A program made the translations under genes and the position numbers. Positions 28,271 through 38,600 of a stretch of 40,092 bases of DNA are shown piece by piece; positions within the stretch are counted from its first letter, which is position 1, and the number at the start of each line of letters is the position of its first letter. A model generated the notes under the pieces. That model ran no database searches. It saw only the letters and a program-made list of their open reading frames with translations, and was not told the DNA's origin. Source of the DNA: Nitrosopumilus sp. (GTDB lineage: Archaea > Thermoproteota > Nitrososphaeria > Nitrososphaerales > Nitrosopumilaceae); contig CBDCLR010000005.1 in NCBI GenBank assembly GCA_965218695.1, positions 1 to 40,092 on the forward strand. Direction: 5' to 3'.

Positions 28271-28408
28271 TGGTAAGACATTATGCGAAGTTTTAACAGC
28301 AACTAACGCTATGCTGTTGCCCGTAGCTGGTCCAAGGGTCGACCGTGACTTGTCCAGCACGGTTCTGTGCGGTCGTTCCTTCAACGGGGCGACGACCGCA
28401 CCTAGGGC
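28271..28408 (+). repeat. Dispersed repeat family C, copy 3
   Basis: tggtaagacattatgcgaagttttaacagc...gtcgac...ggttctgtgcggtcgttccttcaacggggcg. Confidence 0.85.
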
Positions 28409-28622
28409 GTCACTTGGCGTCTTGGATCCGGCGCATGGTTGAAAAACCCAGCACCAGTGCCGGCAGGAGTTCTTATTGTCGTACAATTGTACGGTAAGTT
28501 GGAACAGATGCCATACTCAAACCGCTTCGGTTAGGCACAGTTTCGCATTCCAAGCTGTCATATTTAGCGACTTTGTTGTCTAGTGGAATACTTGTGTGTA
28601 GTCTGATGATGCCTCTCAGCAG

Positions 28623-28735
28623 CGGGTCTGTCGGAATCCACCTAGCATGCGCGGCCTATTTTGGACCCTTCCCCCCGTTCTGACTTACACCGTTCAACCT
28701 TGGGCTACCTTCATCAATATATGCAAACTGTAAGG
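28623..28735. repeat. Dispersed repeat family B, copy 2
   Basis: Direct match to 5854-5966. Confidence 0.85.
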
Positions 28736-28838
28736 TTCCTTGGGAATTAATACCAAGTACTCCTACTTCCATATTAATACTAATGCGAGTACTGCCACTC
28801 ACGCCATGTAAGCGTTCAGATCCTTACCCAACTTACGC

Positions 28839-28994
28839 CTAGCCGTCCTCCTTCAGGTGTAGGATGTCCCTGGCCTTGCCGGGGGAAGGCCTTTTGATCA
28901 TGCGGCAAAGGGCCCTCCTGCCTGTGCCGGGAAGAGGCCTGCCTCCCTTTGGAGGCCTTGCCCCACTGCGAACCGGCGCGCGCGAAGGTGCCAT
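28839..28994 (-). pseudogene. Possible IS630 transposase N-terminal remnant
   Basis: Hand translation GGRPLPGTGRRALCRMIKRPSPGKARDILHLKEDG loosely resembles the start of the 2670 transposase (GGRAFMPRVSLKRLTRIWQEEPTSKTKQML...KEG). Confidence 0.35.
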
Positions 28995-29603
28995 GCGGGC
29001 GCGGGATATGCGCCCGGATCAAAACCTTTCGGCCAATGGACACGGGCATCTAAAAATCCAGATGGCAGATTAGCGAAACACTTTGGCCCCGACTACGCAT
29101 TTCCTCTTGCCGGTATCTACTATGTCTTTCATCCTTTCCCTCACCCCATTGCGGACTGTTTTTGGCGGATCGGATGCTGCAGTCACCCGTCAGTGCGCGG
29201 AGCGCATGCTTCCCAAGGGGCCGATCCATCACCGGGATTACGGCGAGGATATCTTTCCATGCGTCCAATGTTGTTCATGCCGTGCCTGGAAAAGCAGGGA
29301 ACGCTCTCAAGGCATGCCAGATTCGTGCCCAAATCAGAAAATTTTCCCAAACAGCGTGAACTGGCACCAGATATTCTGTTTAATGGAGTTCCCGCATTGG
29401 TTTTTATGACATAAACGCATGCGTATGCTTACTTTTTTGGGACAACTATTTAATAATTGTGATGAAATCCGTCCGCGGCTCCCAACATTTCTCCGGTACT
29501 AATTAAATATTGCCCACGCCTTGCCGCGTGTTGGCATTATGACATACTGTACGCGCTGATTTATGTCATTTAAAGCAACCGAAACGCGCCTTGTTGCGGT
29601 GAT

Positions 29604-32600
29604 TTGCCGCTGGCGCAACCCGTGATCCCCGTAGCGTTAATCGTCATGGCGGTCGTGGCCTCCTCGTGCCTTGCAGCGCTGGGCGTCGAGATCCTCCAGC
29701 CGGCCGGCGCCGACTCGGAACCGCGCGCCGACAACAGAAGTACACACTCCGCGTTCGTTACCACTTGGGTGACCACCGGATCGAACGAGACGATAACCAT
29801 CCCCGTCGGGGGCTCCAGTGCCTCCTACACCGTCGACTGGGGGGACGGCAGCGGCCCCGAGACCGTCACCGGAGACGCCGTGCACGAGTACGGGGACGCC
29901 GGCAGCCACACCGTCTCGATCACGGGCGGCTTTGAGAGGATCCACCTGAACAACTTTGGGGAAAACGCGCGCAAGCTGGCCTCGATAGACCAGTGGGGCG
30001 AGATAGAATGGACCACCATGCGAGACGCCTTCAACGGCGCCTCCGCGATGGTCTACAACGCGACAGACGCGCCCAACCTCACCAACGTGAGCACCCTGCG
30101 GGGGATGTTCCGCGCCGCCTCCTCCTTTGACGGCAACCTCTCCTCCTGGGACGTCTCGCAGGTAACCAACATGTACGCCATGTTCCGCGGCGCCTCCTCC
30201 TTTGACGGCGACCTCTCCGAGTGGAACGTCTCGCAGGTAATCGACACGGGCACCATGTTCCTCGGCGCCTCCTCCTTTGACGGCGACCTCTCCGAGTGGA
30301 ACGTCTCGCAGGTAGCGAGCATGTTCAGCATGTTCCAAGCCGCCACCTCCTTCAACCAAGACATCTCCGGCTGGGACGTCTCGAAGGTGAAAAGCATGAG
30401 CTCCATGTTCGCTGGCGCCTCCAAGTTCAACGGCGACCTCTCCGAGTGGAACGTCGCGCAGGTAGCGAACATGAACACCATGTTCAGCACCGCCACCTCC
30501 TTTGACGGCGACCTCTCCGAGTGGAACGTCACGCAGGTAGCGAACATGAACAACATGTTCAGCGGCGCCACCTCCTTTGACGGCGACCTCTCCGAGTGGA
30601 ACGTCACGCAGGTAGCGAACATGAACAACATGTTCGGCGGCGCCACCTCCTTTGACGGCGATCTCTCCGAGTGGGACGTCTCGAGGGTAACCGACATGGC
30701 CAGCATGTTCAACGGAGCCTCCTCCTTTGACAGCAACCTCACCGAGTGGAACGTCTCGCAGGTGACCGACATGAACAACATGTTCAGCACCGCCTCCTCC
30801 TTTGAGGGCGATCTCTCCGAGTGGGACGTCTCGAGGGTAACCGACATGGCCAGCATGTTCAACAGAGCCTCCTCCTTTGACGGCGACCTCTCCGAGTGGA
30901 ACGTCACGCAGGTGACCGGCATGGCCGGCATGTTCTGGGGCGCCTCCGCCTTTGACGGCGACCTCTCCGAGTGGAACGTCTCGCAGGTAGCGAACATGTT
31001 CGGCATGTTCAGCGACGCCACCTCCTTCAACCAGGACATCTCCGGCTGGGACGTCTCGCAGGTGGCTGACATGACCCGCATGTTCTCCGGCGCCACCTCC
31101 TTTGAGCAGAACCTCGGGAATTGGTACGTGGTGCCTGCAGACACGGCCTACGATACCTCGGAAGGAACCCTCAACGTCACGACCATATCCGCCCAGAACG
31201 TGCACTTGGACGGCCACTCCCCCACGTACGGCACAGGTTCGGGAGGCGACTCTGCCTTGTTTGACATGACCGGAAACGTGCTGACGTTCAAGGCTACGCC
31301 GTCGGCGCCAGAGTATGACGTAAACGTGACGGCCTCGGGAAGTTCGGTGTTTGAGGACGGCAACAACTGGCGCATGCTGAAGATCACCGTCGCCGGCGAC
31401 CCCGACCGCCCGTTCGTCACCACGTGGAGTACCACCACTGCCGACGAGGAGATAACCATCCCCGTCGGGGACTCCAGCGCCTCCTACACCGTCGACTGGG
31501 GCGACGGCACCGCTCCCACCACCCACACTGACAACGCCACTCACACCTACGATACCCCAGACACCTACAGGGTCTCCATCTCCGGCGGCTTCGAGAGAAT
31601 ACACCTGGGCGGTCAACCCGCGGCCAACGCGGCCAAGCTGGCCTCGATAGAGCAGTGGGGCGATACGTCCTGGACCAGCATGGAGGGGGCATTCCAAGGC
31701 GCCTCCGGCATGGTCTACAACGCGGCCGACACCCCCAACCTGTCTGGGGTGAGCTCCATGCGGGCGATGTTCTGGGGCGCCTCATCCTTCGACGGCAACA
31801 TCTCGGGCTGGAACGTCTCCTCCGTCACCGACATGTACGGAATGTTTGCTGCTGCCTCCTCCTTCAACCAGGACATCTCCACCTGGAACGTCTCGGCCGT
31901 CACCGACATGGCCGGCATGTTCTGGAGCGCCTCCTCCTTCAACCAGACCCTCTCCACCTGGAACGTCTCGGCCGTCACCGACATGGCCAGCATGTTCACC
32001 CTCGCCGCCTCCTTCAACCAGCCCCTCAACAACTGGAACGTCTCCTCCGTCACCAACATGAACGCCATGTTCGCCTCCTCCTCCTTCAACCAGCCCCTCA
32101 ACAACTGGAACGTCTCGGCCGTCACCAGCATGAACGGAACGTTCAACGGCGCCACCTCCTTCAACCAGCCCCTCAACAACTGGGACGTCTCGGCCGTCAC
32201 CACCATGCCCCGCATGTTCGCCTCCTCCTCCTTCAACCAAGACATCTCCACTTGGAACGTCTCGCGGGTAACCGACATGGCCGGCACGTTTTATCACGCC
32301 ACCTCCTTCAACCAGCCCCTCAACAACTGGGACGTCTCGGCCGTCACCGACATGGACGGCATGTTCTGGGAAGCCATCCCCTTCAACCAGACCCTCTCCA
32401 CCTGGGACGTCTCGGCCGTCACCGACATGGAACACATGTTCCACGGCGCCTCCTCCTTCAACCAGCCCCTCAACGACTGGAACGTCTCGGCCGCCACCAA
32501 CATGGGCTTCATGTTCTGGGGCGCCTCCTCCTTCAACCAGACCCTCAACGACTGGAACGTCTCGGCCGCCACCAGCATGAACGGAATGTTCAACGGCGCC

Positions 32601-35600
32601 TCCTCCTTCAACCAGCCCCTCAACGACTGGAACGTCTCGGCCGCCACCAACATGGGCTTCATGTTCTTCGGCGCCTCCTCCTTCAACCAGCCCCTCTCCA
32701 CCTGGGACGTCTCGGCCGTCACCAGCATGAACGGAATGTTCAACGGCGCCTCCTCCTTCAACCAGCCCCTCAACGACTGGAACGTCTCGGCCGCCACCAA
32801 CATGCGTTCCATGTTCCATGGCGCCTCCTCCTTCAACCAGCCCCTCTCCTCGTGGAACGTCTCGCAGGTGACTGACATGACCAGCATGTTCCTCGGCGCC
32901 ACCTCCTTTGAGCAGAACCTCGGGAATTGGTACGTGGTGCCTGCATACACGGCCTATGCCGCCTCCGACGTGTCGCTCAACGTCACGACCATATCCGCCC
33001 AGAACGCGCGCCTGGACGGCCACTCCCCCACGTACGACATAGGTTCGGGAGGCAACTCGGCGTCCTTCAACATAACTGGTGCCAACACGCTGATGTTCAA
33101 GGCTACGCCGTCAGCGGGGAGTCACACCGTCAACGTGACGGCCTCAGGCAGCGGCGTCTTTGAGAACGGCAACAACTGGCGCGAGCTCGAGATCACCGTC
33201 GCCGGCGCCGACGACCCCGACCGTCCGTTCATCACCACGTGGAGTACCACCGCTGCCAACGAGACGATAACCATCCCCGGGACCGGCACCTACACCGTGG
33301 AGTGGGGAGACGGATCCTCCGGCGACACGTCAGGCAACGCGACGCACGCGTACGAGACCCCCGGGAACCACACGGTCAAAATAACCGGCGGCCTCGAGGG
33401 AATCCGCCTCGGCGACGATCCGGACAACGCGCAAAGGCTGCAGTCCATAGAGCAGTGGGGCGACATAGGATGGACCACGATGGAGTCTGCGTTCCGGGGA
33501 GCCTCCAACATGGTGTACAACGCGTCTGACGCGCCTGACCTGTCCGTGGTGACTAACATGAACAGCATGTTCGAGGACGCCACCTCCTTCAACGGGGACC
33601 TCTCCTCGTGGGACGTCTCGGGAGTGACTGACATGAGCGGCATGTTCTCCTACGCCACCTCCTTCAACGGGAATATCTCTTCGTGGAACGTCTCGAAGGT
33701 GACTGGCATGAACAGCATGTTCAGCTCCGCCACCTCCTTCAACGGGAACGTCTCCTCGTGGAACGTCTCGGGAGTGACTGACATGAGCGACATGTTCAGC
33801 TCCGCCACCTCCTTCAACGGGAACGTCTCCTCGTGGAACGTCTCGGGAGTGACTGACATGAGCGGCATGTTCTCCTACGCCACCTCCTTCAACCAGACCC
33901 TCTCCTCGTGGAACGTCTCGCAGGTGACTGACATGGACTACATGTTCTACGACACCGCCGACTTCAACGGGAACCTCTCCTCGTGGAACGTCTCGAAGGT
34001 GACCAACATGGGCGGCATGTTCCAGGACGCCGCCGCCTTTGACGGGAACGTCTCCTCGTGGAACGTCTCGCAGGTGACCGACATGAATTCCATGTTCTGG
34101 AACGCCGCCGCCTTCAACCAGCCCCTCTCCGACTGGGACGTCTCGCAGGTGGATGACATGGCCAGCATGTTCCTCGGCGCCACCTCCTTCGATCAAAACC
34201 TCGGGAATTGGTACGTGGTGCCTGCAGACACGGCCTACGATACCTCGGAAGGCACCCTCAACGTCACAACCGTGTCGGCGCAGAATGTGTTCCTTGACGG
34301 CCACTCCCCCACGTACGGCATAGGTTTGGGAGGCGACTCTGCCTTGTTCAACATGACCGGAAACGCGCTGATGTTCAAGGATGCGCCGCCCGTGGGGAGG
34401 CACCCAGTCAACGTGACGGCCTCAGGCAACCTCTTTGGGGGTGAGAACAACTGGCGCATGCTGGGGATCACCGTCGCCGGCGCCGACGACCCCGACCGCC
34501 CGTTCATCACCACGTGGAAGACCACCGCTGCCAACGATACGATAACCATCCCCGGGACCGGCGCCTACAACGTGTCGTGGGGAGACGTCACATACGACAG
34601 CAACGTGTCAGGCAGCACGACGCACACGTACGCGGAACCCGGGAACTACACGGTCAGCATAACCGGCGGCCTCGAGGCAATCCACCTCGACGACGATCCG
34701 GCAAACGCGCGAAAGCTGCAATCCATAGAGCAGTGGGGCGGCATCGAATGGACCACGATGGAGTCTGCGTTCCGGGGCGCCTCCAACATGGTGTACAACG
34801 CGGCTGACGCGCCCGACCTGTCCAGGGTGACTGACATGAGCAGCATGTTCCAGGTAGCCGCCGCCTTCAACGGGAACATCTCCTCGTGGGACGTCTCGAA
34901 GGTGACTGACATGGGCGCCATGTTCTCCGGCGCCACCTCCTTCAACCAGGATCTCAACGGCTGGAGCGTCTCGAAGGTGACCGACATGCCTTTCATGTTC
35001 AACGACGCCGACGCCTTCAACCAGCCCCTCTCCTCGTGGGACGTCTCGCAGGTGACTGGCATGTCTGCCATGTTCCGGGACGCCACCTCCTTCAACCAGC
35101 CCCTCTCCTCGTGGGACGTCTCGCAGGTGACTGACATGGACGGCATGTTCCAGAACGCCGCCGCCTTTGACGGGAACGTCTCCTCGTGGAACGTCTCACA
35201 GGTGACCAACATGGACAACATGTTCACCGGCGCCACCTCCTTCAACGGGGACCTCTCCTCGTGGAACGTCTCGAGGGTGACCTACATGACCAGCATGTTC
35301 TGGGGCGCCACCTCCTTCAACGGGGACCTCTCCTCGTGGAACGTCTCGCAGGTGACTTACATGGACAGCATGTTCTTCAGTGCCACCTCCTTCAACCAGG
35401 ATCTCAACGACTGGGACGTCTCGCAGGTGACTGCGATGGGCAACATGTTCTCCGGCGCCACCTCCTTCGATCAAAACCTCGGGAAGTGGTACGTGGTGCC
35501 GGCAGACACGGCCTACGATACCTCGGAAGGAACCCTCAACGTCACGACCATATCCGCCCAGAACGTGCACTTGGACGGCCACTCCCCCACGTACGGCATA

Positions 35601-38600
35601 GGTTCGGGAGGCGACTCGGCGTCCTTCAACATAACTGATGCCAACACGCTGGTGTTCATGGATACGCCGTCCGTGAGGAGTCACACCGTCAACGTGACGG
35701 CCTCAGGCAGCGACATCTTTGGGGATAAGAACAGCTGGCGCATGCTGAAGATCACCGTCGCCGGCGAGACCGCTGACACCACCCCGCCGGCCATCATCAT
35801 TATTGGTTCTTCTGAGCTCACAATCCAGGCAGGCTCCACCTATGAGGACGCGGGCGCCACCTGCACAGACGAGACCGACACCGCCCCGACTGTCACCACC
35901 GACGGCACAGTAGACACCTCCCGCCCCGGCACCTACACGGTCACCTACACCTGCACCGACTCGAGCGGCAACGGATCCACCGTCTCCAGGACAGTCACGG
36001 TAGTGGCAGCCGGGACGCCCATCGACACGACTTACCCTGTCATCACACTCAACGGCCCTTCCACACTCACAATCACGGCCGGCACCGCCTATACGGAACG
36101 GGGCGCCACCTGCACAGACGAGACCGACGGCCCCCTCCAAGTCACCACCATCGGCACCGCCAACACCGACACGCCGGGCACCTACCATATCACCTACGCC
36201 TGCACGGACTCCTCGGGGAACGAGTCTACTGCCACCCGGCAAGTCAGGGTCGTGGCCGCCTGGTCGCCCGAAGACAACAACCCGCCCAGAGCCAACGCCG
36301 GACCGGACCAGACAGTCGGGGAGGGCGACACGGTCGCCCTGTCCGGGTCGGTAACCGATCCTGACCTGGGCGACGCCATAGAGTCGTACTCCTGGTCGGC
36401 CCCGTCAGGCTCGGGCATCACGTTTGCCGACGGCTCTTCTGCCTCCACCACCTTCACGGCGCCTGCCGTCGAAGCCGAGACCACCTTCACCCTCACGCTC
36501 ACTGCAGGCGACGGCACGGACTCCGGGTCAGACGATGTCGACGTAACCGTAAGGGATACGGGCTCTGCGTTCATCACCACGTGGAGGACCGCCTCTGCCG
36601 GCGAGACGATAACCATCCCCGGATCCGGCACGTACTCCGTGATCTGGGGAGACGGCGAATTCTCCGGCGGCGTGTCCGGGCACGTGTCGCACGAGTACGG
36701 GACCCCCGGGACCCACACGGTCAGCATAACCGGCGGCCTCGGGTGGATCAACCTCGGCGACAACTTTGCAAACGCGCAAAAGCTGCAATCCATAGAGCAG
36801 TGGGGCGGCATCAAATGGGTCACGATGGTAGATTCGTTCAAGGGCGCCTTCAACATGGTGTACAACGCGGATGACGCGCCTGACCTGTCCGGGGTGGCTG
36901 ACATGACCGGCATGTTCCGCAGAGCCTCCTCCTTCAACGGCGACCTCTCCTCGTGGGACGTCTCGAAGGCGACTGACATGTCTGGCATGTTCACCAGCGC
37001 CACCGCCTTTGACGGGAACGTCTCATCGTGGGACGTCTCGTCGGTCACCGACATGTTCATCATGTTCACCTCCGCCTCCTCCTTCAACGGGGACCTCTCC
37101 TCGTGGGACGTCTCGTCGGCCACCGGCATGGGCCACATGTTCCTTGCCGCCAACTCGTTCCAGCAGAACCTCGGGAACTGGTACGTGGTGCCAGAAGACA
37201 CTGCCTACGGTATCTCGGAAGGCACCCTCAGCGTCACGACCGTGTCGGCGCAGAACTCCGTCCTTGACGGCCACTCCCCCGAGTACGGCATAGGTTCTGG
37301 AGGCGAATCTGCCTTGTTCAACATGACCGGAGACGCGCTGATGTTCAAGGATGCGCCGCCCGTGGGGAGGCACCCGGTCAACGTGACGGCCTCAGGCAGC
37401 GGCGTCTTTGGGGACGGGAACAGCTGGCGCATGCTGGAGATCGCCGTCGCCGGCACCGGCACCGACGCGACCCCGCCGACCATCACCCTTATTGGCGATG
37501 ACCCGCTCACCATCCCGGCCGGCTCCGCGTATGCCGACCCCGGCTACTCCTGCGCCGACGACACGGACGCCGTCGGGGATCTCAGGCTCGAGCTGAACGA
37601 CTCGGGCCTCGACGTGAACACCCCCGGCACCTACACGGTCACCTACACCTGCACGGACCTCTCGGGCAACATGGCCACTGACACCCGGACGGTCACGGTA
37701 GCGGCAGCCGCAGACACCATCCCGCCCATCATCACCCTTGACGGCCCCACCGCGGTCACAGTCACCGCCGGCACCGCCTTTGACGACCCCGGCGTTACCT
37801 GCACCGACGAGACCGACCCGAACCCCTCGCTCGACTTCGACATAGTCTACATCGACCTGAACACCCCCGGCGACTACACCATCACCTACACCTGCACCGA
37901 CGCCTCGGGCAACGATGCCACCGCCGTCACCTGGACAGTCACGGTCATAGCCATGGGCGCCGAGCCGCCCGAAGACAGCACCCCGCCCACCATCACCCTT
38001 AACGGCCTCTCCGCGGTCACAATCACGGCCGGCACCACCTATATGGAACAGGGCGCCACCTGCACAGACGACACCGACCCGGCCCCGACTGTCACCACCA
38101 GCGGCACGGTAGACACCTCCAACCCCGGCACCTACACGGTCACCTACACCTGCACCGACTCGAGCGGCAACGGGTCCACCATCTCCAGGACAGTCACGGT
38201 AGTGGACACGACTGACCCTGTCATCATCATTAACGGTTCTTCTGAGCTCACAATCACGGCCGGCACCACCTATACGGAACAGGGCGCCACCTGCACAGAC
38301 GACACCGACCCGGCCCCGACTGTCACCACCAGCGGCACGGTAGACACCTCCAACCCCGGCACCTACACGGTCACCTACACCTGCACCGACGCCTCGGGCA
38401 ACAGTGCCACCCCCGTCACCAGGACAGTCACGGTCATAGCCATGGGCGCCGAGCCGCCCGAAGACAGCACCCCGCCCACCATCACCCTTAACGGCCTCTC
38501 CGCGGTCACAATCACGGCCGGCACCACCTATATGGAACAGGGCGCCACCTGCACAGACGACACCGACCCGGCCCCGACTGTCACCACCAGCGGCACGGTA

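Noticed and set aside
27115-28486. Similar short ORFs (STLGPA...VK..H.VLP) on opposite strands
   Set aside because: The similarity is just the translation of repeat family C; flanking parts are unrelated
30100-37170. 75-nt periodic repeats as a CRISPR array or DGR target
   Set aside because: They are in-frame DUF285 coding repeats without unique spacers; no reverse transcriptase or template repeat is visible
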